NCBI GenBank assembly: GCA_944381085.1
Contig: CALWJX010000005.1
Coordinates: forward strand, 24,289 to 88,288
Length of the DNA stretch: 64,000 bases
Origin: an uncultured Clostridia bacterium
Lineage (GTDB): Bacteria; Bacillota; Clostridia; Oscillospirales; CAG-272
Direction: 5' to 3'
Positions within the stretch are counted from its first letter, which is position 1. Each line of letters opens with the position of its first letter. Below are positions 30,486 through 39,787 of the stretch, in pieces. Below the pieces are notes generated by a model. It saw only the letters and a list, made by a program, of their open reading frames with translations. It ran no database searches and was not told the origin of the DNA. The position numbers were made by a program, and so were the translations under genes.

Positions 30486-31622
30486 ATGGCAGATAAGCGA
30501 GATTATTATGAAGTGCTTGGAATATCAAAAAACGCCGACGAAGCAGCCATAAAAAAAGCATACAGAACGCTTGCCAAAAAATATCATCCCGATATGAATC
30601 CCGGCAATAAAGAGGCCGAGGCTAAATTCAAAGAAGTCAATGAGGCATATGACGTGCTTTCGGATCCGCAGAAAAGAGCGAAATACGATCAGTACGGTCA
30701 TGCGGCGTTTGACCCGTCGTCAGCCGGTTTCGGTGGAGGAGGAAGCGGTTTTGAAGGCTTTGACGTAGACCTCGGCGATATTTTCGGAAGCTTTTTCGGA
30801 GGAGGATTCGGAGGGTCGTCAAGACAAAGGAGAAACGTTCCTCAAAAGGGCGATGATATAGAGGTCAGCATTACAATCAGTTTTGAGGAAGCCGTGTTCG
30901 GATGCAAAAAAGACATTAGTTTCACTAAACTGTGCAAGTGCAAAAGCTGTTCCGGAACAGGTTCCGCCAGCGGAAGGACAGAGACCTGTCCTGTCTGTAA
31001 CGGTACGGGACAGCGCCGCGTTACGCAAAGTCTCGGAGGAATGCAGTTTCAGTCTACAACTACCTGTGACAGATGTCACGGGACCGGGAAATATATAAAG
31101 GACCCATGTACTAAATGCCGTGGTACAGGACTTGAAAGAGTTACAAAAAATCTTACCGTAAACGTGCCTGCCGGAATTGACAACGGAAAAGGATTAATAG
31201 TAAGAGGAGAAGGAAACGAAGGCAAAAACGGCGGTCCCTCGGGAGACGTTATAGTAATGGTGAATGTCCGCGGCAGTTCGACTTTCAGGCGGGACGGGTA
31301 TAACCTTTACTGTGAAGTTCCGATTACCTTTTGCGAGGCGGCATTGGGAGCAGATATAAATGTTCCGACGCTTGAGGGGACTGTTAAGCATACTATTCCG
31401 GAGGGAACTCAGACCGGCACAACATTTACGCTCAGGCAAAAGGGAGTTCCGATTATCAATTCGAACAGACGAGGGGATATAATATTCCGGGTAAACATTA
31501 CTGTTCCAAAGGGGTTGTCGGAAAGGCAAAAGGAGATATTGCGCGAGTTTGCAGAGGAAAGCGGAGAGACGTCAGTAGGCAAAAAATCCAAGCTTTTCAA
31601 AAAAAATCAGGATAAAAAATGA
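30486..31622 (+). CDS. dnaJ: molecular chaperone DnaJ
   Basis: J domain with HPD ([10 protein letters not shown]), a G/F-rich linker and four CxxCxGxG zinc motifs. Confidence 0.95.
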   Translation: MADKRDYYEVLGISKNADEAAIKKAYRTLAKKYHPDMNPGNKEAEAKFKEVNEAYDVLSDPQKRAKYDQYGHAAFDPSSAGFGGGGSGFEGFDVDLGDIFGSFFGGGFGGSSRQRRNVPQKGDDIEVSITISFEEAVFGCKKDISFTKLCKCKSCSGTGSASGRTETCPVCNGTGQRRVTQSLGGMQFQSTTTCDRCHGTGKYIKDPCTKCRGTGLERVTKNLTVNVPAGIDNGKGLIVRGEGNEGKNGGPSGDVIVMVNVRGSSTFRRDGYNLYCEVPITFCEAALGADINVPTLEGTVKHTIPEGTQTGTTFTLRQKGVPIINSNRRGDIIFRVNITVPKGLSERQKEILREFAEESGETSVGKKSKLFKKNQDKK

Positions 31623-31663
31623 CGTCAGGACAGGTCATAATTCTGTAAAATGAAAGGACTTTT

Positions 31664-32629
31664 ATGATAGATAAGGATTACGTGTGCGGTGATTACGGGA
31701 ATGTATGCGAATGGACACAGATAAAAGTCACTGTAAATACCGAAAGGCTTGACGAGCTTGTGGCGGTAATGAGTATGATAAACAACAATCTTATGATTGA
31801 AGATTACAGCGATATTGATCTGAAGACCTGTTACGGAGATCTTATAGACGAGAAGATACTCAATGCGGATAAATCACATGCGTCCGTGTCTTTTTACGTG
31901 CCGTCGGACAGAAGCTATTCGGATGATCTGGCGTTTCTCCGGGAAAGGCTTGAGGCAAATCATTTTGACGACGCAAAGGTTGAGGTCATCGGCGGTCTGC
32001 AGGAAGAGGATTGGTCAAGCTCGTGGAAAGCTTATTATAAACCTGTAAGAATAGGGAAAGTCGTTATAGTGCCCGCATGGGAGGAATACAGCGCGCAGCC
32101 GGGGGATATAATTGTAAAAATGAATCCCGGTATGGCTTTCGGAACCGGAACACATGAAACTACAAGGCTTATAATCGGGTTACTTCAAAAATACGTAAAA
32201 GACGGCAGTACAGTGCTCGATGTAGGCACGGGAAGCGGTATTTTGTCGATTTGCGCGGCAAAGCTCGGCGCTTCGGAATGTAAAGCGTACGATATTGACC
32301 CGATGTCAGTCAGGGTGGCAAACGAAAATATAGCGCAGAGCGGGCTTTCGGGTGTTATAGAATGTAAGCAGTCCGATCTTTTGAAGAATGTCCGCAGGAG
32401 AAAAGAAGGGTACGATGTGATATGCGCCAATATAGTAGCGGATATTATAATACGTATGACGCCCGATATTTCAGACTATATGAGCGAAAGCAGCATTCTG
32501 TTGGTCTCCGGAATCATAAGTGAACGATGTGGAGATGTTTTGGAGTGTTTTGAAAAAAACGATTTTTCCGTCATACAAAAGACAGAAGAAAACCAATGGT
32601 GCGCGTTGGCTGTTATGAAAAAACGATAA
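31664..32629 (+). CDS. prmA: ribosomal protein L11 methyltransferase
   Basis: PrmA-like layout with SAM motif VLDVGTGSGILSI. Conserved position after dnaJ. Confidence 0.9.
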   Translation: MIDKDYVCGDYGNVCEWTQIKVTVNTERLDELVAVMSMINNNLMIEDYSDIDLKTCYGDLIDEKILNADKSHASVSFYVPSDRSYSDDLAFLRERLEANHFDDAKVEVIGGLQEEDWSSSWKAYYKPVRIGKVVIVPAWEEYSAQPGDIIVKMNPGMAFGTGTHETTRLIIGLLQKYVKDGSTVLDVGTGSGILSICAAKLGASECKAYDIDPMSVRVANENIAQSGLSGVIECKQSDLLKNVRRRKEGYDVICANIVADIIIRMTPDISDYMSESSILLVSGIISERCGDVLECFEKNDFSVIQKTEENQWCALAVMKKR

Positions 32630-32726
32630 TCTTAAGTACTTTGAATATTATAGAATATTATTGATATAAATATAAACGGGGCTGTCTCAGATTGATTTTT
32701 CAGGAATTTCCTTTGTGACAGTTCAG

Positions 32727-32769
32727 CAAAAAACACTTGCTTACCGCTATGAGTAAGCAAGTGTTTTTG
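32727..32769. terminator. bidirectional terminator candidate between prmA and the convergent glycosidase-like gene
   Basis: AAAAAA-ACACTTGCTTAC-loop-GTAAGCAAGTGT-TTTT: a 12-bp perfect stem flanked by A- and T-runs. Confidence 0.7.
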
Positions 32770-32851
32770 TATATGTAGTCATTCAAATGCAAATGATATT
32801 CAAGCTTAAGACGATCCCGTATCTGTTATAAGCAAGGTCCTTTTCCAAAAC

Positions 32852-34087
32852 TCAGGAAATTCTGAAAAGTTCTCCGTCTCCCGCGGAAAGCGGTATTGCG
32901 TACTCGCCCGAACAGGGAATATTATCCCAGACTTTTCTCGATTTGCTGAATTTTTCAAGTTTTTTGCCCGGTTCGGTTTTGATTTTGGCGTATGCGCATG
33001 AATGAAAATCCTTGTTTACAAGCATCATTTTGCCTCCCTCAAAAAATCCGACGACAAAATTTCCTCCGTCTATTCCGGAAATTCCGTAGCAGGGTCTGAA
33101 AGGTACGGTCATATTGTCTTTTTCACTGCCGGTGTGAAAAACTTCAAGTGATTTTGAGCGGCATATTTCCGACATTACGGTTTGTATTTCTTTGTTTATT
33201 CTTTGGACAATATAGTAATTTTCATCCTTCTTGCCGTCCGAGGAAATCAAAGCGTGATGATATGACCAAGGCTCGTTATGAGACAGTCCGGGAGTCCAAT
33301 AAGTGAAATAAGAAAGTTGTGAGGAGCCATAAGCCAGGGCGGTGAATACTTCCCATCTTATCTCCGGCTCGGTGAGCTGTCTGTAATGCCAGTGCTCGGA
33401 AAGCAAAATAATTATCATCCAGTCGATTTCGCGCTCTCTTGCTTTTTTGCGTATAAATTCCAAATTGTTAAAATAACCCGTTGTGGTTTCCTCGGCGTAA
33501 ATGACATGTTCCGTATGATTTCTTTCTCTGCATTCATCCGAAACCCTTGCCTCAAAAAAGGGCAGGATTGTGTCGGCGACATAGGCGGGTATCTCTTTTT
33601 TTCCCATGCAGTAATGGTCATATGACAACAAACTCGGCTTTATCATATCAAGAAATTTTTCCACGTGTTCCTCATATGTTTCTTCGGGAGGCATCGCGTG
33701 TATCGGAAGCAGATTGATATAAAACCCGTGGTTTTTGTCATGCTCCGAAAGGTAACCCGATATTCTTTTAAGCATCGAAAATTGGGCGCCTACAGGTTCG
33801 TCTTTTATAAAATATCTGTCAAGCGCGGGATAATTTTTGTAATCTTCTATCATATTGTCAAGCAAGGATTGCCAACCTTTGTCTTCCCTGATTGCGGCAC
33901 TCATGCGGTCATCCCACAAATATGCCTTTATTCCCAATTCTTCGCACCAGCCGAGCACTTTTTTGTTTGTTTCCGTATCATAGCGACATTCAATGATGTT
34001 AAAGCCTGCCGCGGCGGCTTCTTCAACGCGTTCACGCGATATAAATTCCTTTGGTATACCGTACCAAAAATTAATGGGATATGACAT
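32852..34087 (-). CDS. putative TIM-barrel (clan GH-A-like) glycoside hydrolase, uncharacterised
   Basis: No signal peptide. A segment resembling the clan GH-A acid/base strand (YFIKDEP) and a general GH42/GH5-like N-terminal layout. Family not assignable by eye. Confidence 0.4.
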   Translation of the reverse strand: MSYPINFWYGIPKEFISRERVEEAAAAGFNIIECRYDTETNKKVLGWCEELGIKAYLWDDRMSAAIREDKGWQSLLDNMIEDYKNYPALDRYFIKDEPVGAQFSMLKRISGYLSEHDKNHGFYINLLPIHAMPPEETYEEHVEKFLDMIKPSLLSYDHYCMGKKEIPAYVADTILPFFEARVSDECRERNHTEHVIYAEETTTGYFNNLEFIRKKAREREIDWMIIILLSEHWHYRQLTEPEIRWEVFTALAYGSSQLSYFTYWTPGLSHNEPWSYHHALISSDGKKDENYYIVQRINKEIQTVMSEICRSKSLEVFHTGSEKDNMTVPFRPCYGISGIDGGNFVVGFFEGGKMMLVNKDFHSCAYAKIKTEPGKKLEKFSKSRKVWDNIPCSGEYAIPLSAGDGELFRIS

Positions 34088-34138
34088 TTTTTCCTCTTTC
34101 TATCGCTTTGAGTCGAATATTGATTTACAGAAAAATTA

Positions 34139-35668
34139 TCAGTTGTTTTTCTGAAAGTTTTTGATTATTCTTTCCAGACTGTTCCTTGAGCTTCTTACGT
34201 TCCTTTGCAGTGTTGAGGTTACCGAAGATATATTGCCGTTGTTAATGGACTCGTATATTACTTTTTTTGCAAGATCACCCAGATTTATGTCGTACGCAAG
34301 CTGGAATACATTGTCGAAATTGTCATGAATAATGTCTATCATGGCGGCGGCGTTTTCATCTGACGCGTATTTGACCTTGAGCGCGGTTTCATAATATTCA
34401 GGCATAACTACCTCGGATGTTTCACGGCAAAGCGCTTCTATTACGGCGGAGACAAATCCCAGTTCATTAAGATTTACGGTATTGGGAATGGCTCCGACTT
34501 CCGCGGTATCGTGCGAGGATGTTGTATATTTTTTCTCGGACGCTTTGAGCATGGGGTAGGGAATTATACCCTTTGAGTCGCTCGGCATGTCGCGCAGCAT
34601 TGCGTTTTCAATGGAACCGAGTCTCTGATATCCGATGAAAAGCGAGCGGTTTTCGGTAAATACCTTGAGCACTTCATTCTCATCAAGATTAAAGATCGTT
34701 CCGTCCGCATAGGCGATATTGTATATGGCTTCGGAAAGGTCGAGCACACGGTCGGTGTTCATATCTATTTCGGGATATCCCTCGGCGTTTCTTGTCATAT
34801 AGTCGCAGCCTCCGCTGACTATCATGGGTATCATTGAACCCCACAGGTCGCTAAGTACAAGTCCGAACTGGTCGCTGTCCGGGTCAGGCTCTGAGTTTGC
34901 GCCGTTTGCGGGAATATAAGACTCATTTATAAGCTGAAGCCATTTTTCATATGTCCACTCGTAATTGTTTACCGTCTCATACAGTTTGTTGGGGTCGCCG
35001 AAAATGTCGTTGTAAATGTTTTTGTTGTATATTAAACAGTGCGCGCTTCTTATGACGTCTATGAAATAATCTCCGGCGAGAATAAATCTGTAATTTTCAT
35101 GGAGAGATATATCTTTCATATAATCGTCATACCAATAGTTTTGGTCAAAATCAAAATAACTGTCATCGAAGTCGTTTACATTCAGAAAGTAGCCCGATGC
35201 CGAAAGACCCACCAAAGGGTACAGGTCGTTTATAAACAGGTGGTAATCATTCTCTCCGCTTCGTATGTAAGTTTCAATGAACGGCGCGACTTCGGTGTAA
35301 ATCAGGTCGGACTGAGTAAAGACTAATTTGATTCCGAGCTTTTCTTCCACATTGAGGTTTCTGGTATGAACCGCGGATGATACAATATCCGCGCCGGAGG
35401 ATTCCGCGTCGCCTTCTATCATGAAGTTTGAGTTTCCCATGCCCGCGGCGGCAATGTTTACGGAAGTGTTGATGTGAAATTCTTTTCCGCCAAAATCAAG
35501 CTCCGCCAAAGGGTCGGGTTCCGATGATTCCAATTCGGAATCCTGCTCCTGACCGCTGTTTTTCTCGTTCTCATCATCCTTTTCCGAAGCACATGAAACA
35601 ACGCTTCCGGAAAGCACACCTAAAACCAGGCAGATGCATAAAATTTTAGTGAGTTTGCTAAATTTCAT
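34139..35668 (-). CDS. large extracellular solute-binding lipoprotein (carbohydrate ABC SBP-like), no adjacent permeases
   Basis: Signal peptide plus lipobox (VVSCAS), an acidic linker and a ~500-aa family-1 SBP-like body. Confidence 0.65.
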   Translation of the reverse strand: MKFSKLTKILCICLVLGVLSGSVVSCASEKDDENEKNSGQEQDSELESSEPDPLAELDFGGKEFHINTSVNIAAAGMGNSNFMIEGDAESSGADIVSSAVHTRNLNVEEKLGIKLVFTQSDLIYTEVAPFIETYIRSGENDYHLFINDLYPLVGLSASGYFLNVNDFDDSYFDFDQNYWYDDYMKDISLHENYRFILAGDYFIDVIRSAHCLIYNKNIYNDIFGDPNKLYETVNNYEWTYEKWLQLINESYIPANGANSEPDPDSDQFGLVLSDLWGSMIPMIVSGGCDYMTRNAEGYPEIDMNTDRVLDLSEAIYNIAYADGTIFNLDENEVLKVFTENRSLFIGYQRLGSIENAMLRDMPSDSKGIIPYPMLKASEKKYTTSSHDTAEVGAIPNTVNLNELGFVSAVIEALCRETSEVVMPEYYETALKVKYASDENAAAMIDIIHDNFDNVFQLAYDINLGDLAKKVIYESINNGNISSVTSTLQRNVRSSRNSLERIIKNFQKNN

Positions 35669-35843
35669 GGTTTAAACTCTCCTTAATATAGTTCTTGATT
35701 TCGATGCCGATATCGGACGGCACAACATATAACACAATAATATCATTAAGGTGTGAACATGATGTTAATAAATGGAAATATTATTCAATTTTTTGTTATA
35801 TAAAATATTGGGCTATTTGCACAAAAAGTATATTGTCGATACA

Positions 35844-35872
35844 TTGACATTGTTGAAGTAATATGATACAAT
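35844..35872 (+). promoter_or_regulatory. near-consensus extended -10 sigma-70-type promoter
   Basis: TTGACA (35844-35849), 17-nt spacer, TGaTACAAT (-10 at 35867-35872). Confidence 0.65.
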
Positions 35873-35879
35873 GTATTCA

Positions 35880-36050
35880 GAATGGTATGGCAGCATTGTA
35901 TGCAGCGTATAGAAATCGGAAAAATTTCGTTATACTGCCTGCATACGGCAGTTTTGCGATGCAAAACTGTCCAGGTTATATCTTGGAATGTGTATAGAAA
36001 TCGGAAGAATTTCGTTATACTGGCTGCCTGGGTTATATCTTGGAATGTGT
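35880..36050 (+). promoter_or_regulatory. structured leader with hairpin P1 + conserved hairpin H and internal duplications, upstream of the GH78-like gene
   Basis: P1 is GTATGCAG (35898-35905) / CTGCATAC (35939-35946). H is CAGTTTTGC-GAT-GCAAAACTG (35949-35969) followed by TCC. A 31-nt unit occurs at 35907-35937 and 35992-36022 (1 mismatch). A 20-nt unit occurs at 35974-35993 and 36031-36050 (identical). Confidence 0.55.
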
Positions 36051-36152
36051 GGAGAAGTGAGAGAAATGCCATTGTGTCGGCCGAATAAGTTTTTGTTTAA
36101 GGTAAAATAACGCAGTTTTTTACATTCTGTGTATATAGAAAGGAAAAATCAA

Positions 36153-38204
36153 ATGAAATTCAAATCCTGCTGGATTACTACCGAAGATTTTGCGTTGTGT
36201 CAAAGATATAATATGCTGCACAAGGAAAGAGATGTGACAAATAAATATGAACTGCCCGAAAATCTGAAAAACAATCACGTCTTTTTTTTCAAAAGCTTCA
36301 AAGCGGAAAAGGGATATGATTATACTGTCTGTATAAGCGCGGATGATTTTTATAAATTGTATATCAACGGGGCATATGTCGCGGAGGGTCCCGCTCAGTC
36401 CTACAGCTTCAATTACTCCTACAATGCGCTTGATATAAGCAAATATATTGTAAACGGAAAAAACACTATCGCGGTTCATGTGTATTACCAAGGGCTTTTA
36501 AATCGGGCCGCAGACAGCGCGGACGGAAGGCAGGGAATGATTGCGGATATTTATAAAAATGACGAATTCATATTCGGAACAGACGATACTTGGAAATACA
36601 GGAAAGCGGAGGAGTATGTTTCGGGAGGAGTTATAGGGTACGATACTCAGTTTCTCGAAAATCTGGACTTTACCAAAAGAAAAAAAGGAAATTATTCCGG
36701 GGAGGGGAGCGGTTGGCGTCAGGCGCTGATACTTGAGGATGACGACCATGTTTTTAAAGATAAGGCGGATATTCCGGTTACGGTTTATAAGAGGTATCCG
36801 GTCCGTGTCTTAAAGACCCCGAAAGGATATTTTATGGATTTCGGCTGCGAGACTGTAGGAAGGTTTTTTATGACCGCAAACGGCAGTGCCGGCGAAAAAG
36901 TAAAAATTATGTGCGGAGAGGAGCTTGAGGAAAACAGTTCAACTGATGTCAGGTATAAAATGAGGAACGGCTGTACATATCTTGAGGAATGCACTTTGTC
37001 CGGAGGAGTGGATGAGTTTGATTTTTATGATTACAAGGCGTTCAGATATGTAAATGTAGAGGGAGGAACCGCTTTAAATCCCGACAGTTTTTGTACATAT
37101 GTACGTCATCGTGATTTTGACGACAGCAAGGGTATATTGAAAACCAACTCGGAAGTATTGTCGGACATCTGGAACCTGTGCCGCAATACGGCGAAATACG
37201 CTACTCAAGAAGGGTTTCTCGACTGTCCGACGAGGGAAAAGGGTCAGTACCTCGGTGATTTTGTGGTGAGCGGACTTGCGCATATGTATATTACGGGTGA
37301 TTCACGTCCATATCGCAAGACCCTATATGATTTTGCGGATTCCGCGGTTATATGTCCGGGTCTTATGGCGGTAGCGCCGGGGTCGCTCATGCAGGAGATT
37401 GCTGACTTTTCCCTCCAATACCCATTGGCAGTGTTGAATTATTATAATTACACCAAGGATAAAGAAACCGTTAAAGACCTTTATCCCGTTATTACGGGGC
37501 TTTTAGGCCATTTTGAAAAGTTTTGCCGTGAAGACGGACTGTTGGTTGGAGTCAATGACAAATGGAATATCGTAGACTGGCCTGCAAATCTCCGAGACGG
37601 ATATGACTATACTTTGGATAATCCGATATCAGACGGCGCGCTCCACAATGTAATAAACGCGCATTGGGCGGGGGCGTTGATTACGACGGATGCTTTAAGG
37701 TCAATATTGAATCTGGACAGGGACAAAAAGACAAAACAGGTCGTCAGGTCTTACAACGATACTTTTTATGACCCGGATAAAGGACTGTATGCAGACAGGG
37801 CAACAGAAGAATATAAATCTTTGGGCAGAGAGACTCACTGCGCGCTTCATTCAAATGTAATACCGGCGTTTTACGGCTTTGCCTGTCCTGATTCGAGAAA
37901 AAATATTTTGAGGCTTATAGAACAAAAAGGTTTGTGCTGCGGAGCACAGTTTTCATATTTTGTGCTTAAGGCGTGCGCTTTGCTCGGAAATTATGACCTT
38001 GAATACAGACTTATAGTAAATGACGGCGAGCACTCGTGGGTGAATATGCTTAGAGAAGGAGCCACTACTCTGTTTGAGGCTTGGGGAAAAAATCAGAAGT
38101 GGAACACCAGTCTGTGTCATCCATGGGCGTCGGCGCCCGTTATAGCGGTGTGCGAGGATTTGCTGGAAAATCAGCCCGACGGAGTAAATATTACTTTATT
38201 TTGA
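36153..38204 (+). CDS. alpha-L-rhamnosidase-like (GH78-like) glycoside hydrolase
   Basis: The LDCPTREKGQYLGD segment resembles the conserved GH78 DCPxRE..GWxGD motif. EGATTLFEAWG resembles the GH78 C-terminal region. No signal peptide. Start at MKFKSC (36153), with an AAAGGA RBS. Confidence 0.6.
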   Translation: MKFKSCWITTEDFALCQRYNMLHKERDVTNKYELPENLKNNHVFFFKSFKAEKGYDYTVCISADDFYKLYINGAYVAEGPAQSYSFNYSYNALDISKYIVNGKNTIAVHVYYQGLLNRAADSADGRQGMIADIYKNDEFIFGTDDTWKYRKAEEYVSGGVIGYDTQFLENLDFTKRKKGNYSGEGSGWRQALILEDDDHVFKDKADIPVTVYKRYPVRVLKTPKGYFMDFGCETVGRFFMTANGSAGEKVKIMCGEELEENSSTDVRYKMRNGCTYLEECTLSGGVDEFDFYDYKAFRYVNVEGGTALNPDSFCTYVRHRDFDDSKGILKTNSEVLSDIWNLCRNTAKYATQEGFLDCPTREKGQYLGDFVVSGLAHMYITGDSRPYRKTLYDFADSAVICPGLMAVAPGSLMQEIADFSLQYPLAVLNYYNYTKDKETVKDLYPVITGLLGHFEKFCREDGLLVGVNDKWNIVDWPANLRDGYDYTLDNPISDGALHNVINAHWAGALITTDALRSILNLDRDKKTKQVVRSYNDTFYDPDKGLYADRATEEYKSLGRETHCALHSNVIPAFYGFACPDSRKNILRLIEQKGLCCGAQFSYFVLKACALLGNYDLEYRLIVNDGEHSWVNMLREGATTLFEAWGKNQKWNTSLCHPWASAPVIAVCEDLLENQPDGVNITLF

Positions 38205-38309
38205 CATAGAATCAGTCTTTCCGAGCTTTTAAATTTCCGGAGAATATTGATATATCACTTTTTAAGTCAAAATACAATAAATTCAGTGTGATAAATGAAT
38301 ATTTAATAC

Positions 38310-38338
38310 TTGACACAAAAGTGTAATAATGCTATAAT
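38310..38338 (+). promoter_or_regulatory. consensus sigma-70-type promoter
   Basis: TTGACA (38310-38315), 17-nt spacer, TATAAT (38333-38338). Confidence 0.6.
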
Positions 38339-38445
38339 ATAAGCAGGATTTTTGAGAAAATGCCGCAATTGAATTTTAATATAAAATAAAATTGGGAGCG
38401 GCGCGTACCATGGTACTAAATTTTATTTGGGAGGGTATACATTAT

Positions 38446-38712
38446 ATGAAGCTTAGATGGATTACTGAAAAAAAGGAACCGAGTTACGGTAAGGCGATAA
38501 TACTTACCGCACTGACGGTTGCCGCGATAGAAATGGCGGCTGTTATCGCGTATAAGGTTATAAAAGGAGCGGTTCTTTCAAAGAGGGAAGCCGATCAGGA
38601 AATGGACGACGATTTTGACATCAGGATCGATGACGGAGATTGCAAAGTCAGCTTTGAGGCTTCCGAGGATACCGCAGAAGTATCCGGAGAAAACCAGACA
38701 ACCAATCAATAA
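38446..38712 (+). CDS. small single-pass membrane protein with acidic C-terminal tail
   Basis: GGGAGGG RBS before the ATG at 38446. TM segment (AIILTALTVAAIEMAAVIAY), then a D/E-rich tail (EMDDDFDIRIDDGDC). No family recognised. Confidence 0.4.
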   Translation: MKLRWITEKKEPSYGKAIILTALTVAAIEMAAVIAYKVIKGAVLSKREADQEMDDDFDIRIDDGDCKVSFEASEDTAEVSGENQTTNQ

Positions 38713-38774
38713 GTGAAATCTGTAAAAGCGCTGATATTTTCTGACATTTCGTAAAACTTCTGTGAGGGGAATTT

Positions 38775-38831
38775 CGGGAGGTTATTGTGCCATGCCATGA
38801 GGTTGAAGCGCATAATCTCCCGATTTTATTG
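38775..38831 (+). terminator. terminator candidate
   Basis: CGGGAGGTTAT ... ATAATCTCCCG stem of about 11 bp (includes one G-U pair) followed by ATTTTATT. Confidence 0.4.
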
Positions 38832-38894
38832 TTAAATTTTTCGGAATTTATAATGCGCATTTACGTTTAATACAAAAAGAAAATCTGAATAAAT

Positions 38895-39704
38895 ATGACA
38901 GGAAGAGAAATATGCCGTCGTTTTAAATCGGCGGGAATTGAAAACTACAGGTTTGAAGCTGAAATTCTTGCCGAAGAACTGTCCGGCAGAAGTTATTCCG
39001 ACGAAACAGATTATGCGGGTATTGAGCCGGCGGTGAAAAAGCGGGAGGAAGGGTATCCTCTGCAATATATTATAGGAAAATGGTGGTTCTGGGACTGCGA
39101 ATTCATCGTAAACGAAAATTGTCTGATTCCGCGTGCGGACACCGAAATTTTGGTTGACACGACGATAAAGCTGTTGCCGAAAGGGGCTTATTTTGCGGAT
39201 CTGTGTACCGGCAGCGGGTGTATTGCGATATCGGTGCTCCGTACGAGGAAAGACACGAAGGCTGACGCCTACGAACTTTATAAAGATACCTTGAAAATTG
39301 CTTCGGAAAACGCGGAATTAAATAATGTTTCGGACAGAATTTCGTTTTTTTGCGGAAATGTTCTTGACAGATGCGTTCCGAACCGCAAAGTGTACGACGC
39401 CATTGTTTCAAATCCTCCGTACATCAGAAGCGATGTATTGCCCACGCTTGACAAAACGGTTGGATTTGAGCCTAAGGCGGCGCTCGACGGCGGGGCGGAC
39501 GGCTTGATGTTTTACAGAGCCATTCTCGACAATTTTACGGGTAATCTTAAAGAAGACGGTTTTTTTGCCTTTGAAATAGGTTACGACCAGGCGGAGCAGC
39601 TTAAATATTTATCCGAACATAGGAATATGAGATGCGAGATCAAGAAGGACCTTTGCGGAAACGACCGTGTCGCCGTTGTAAGATTTGAGCAAAAATTTGT
39701 ATAA
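38895..39704 (+). CDS. prmC: release-factor glutamine N5-methyltransferase
   Basis: HemK/PrmC layout with SAM motif (DLCTGSGCI) and catalytic NPPY (VSNPPYI). Confidence 0.85.
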   Translation: MTGREICRRFKSAGIENYRFEAEILAEELSGRSYSDETDYAGIEPAVKKREEGYPLQYIIGKWWFWDCEFIVNENCLIPRADTEILVDTTIKLLPKGAYFADLCTGSGCIAISVLRTRKDTKADAYELYKDTLKIASENAELNNVSDRISFFCGNVLDRCVPNRKVYDAIVSNPPYIRSDVLPTLDKTVGFEPKAALDGGADGLMFYRAILDNFTGNLKEDGFFAFEIGYDQAEQLKYLSEHRNMRCEIKKDLCGNDRVAVVRFEQKFV

Positions 39705-39787
39705 TATTCACTAATTAAAATTTCGGCTCATAAAATAATATGGAATCGACCGTGAGACTAATTTTATTCTGAAAGGAAAGTAATCAC

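Noticed and set aside
35785-36088. Two overlapping ORFs (95 aa minus strand, 68 aa plus strand) in the GH78-like gene upstream region.
   Set aside because: They span the promoter and the hairpin and duplication region, lack an RBS, and have low-complexity, Cys/Trp-rich composition typical of translated structured DNA.
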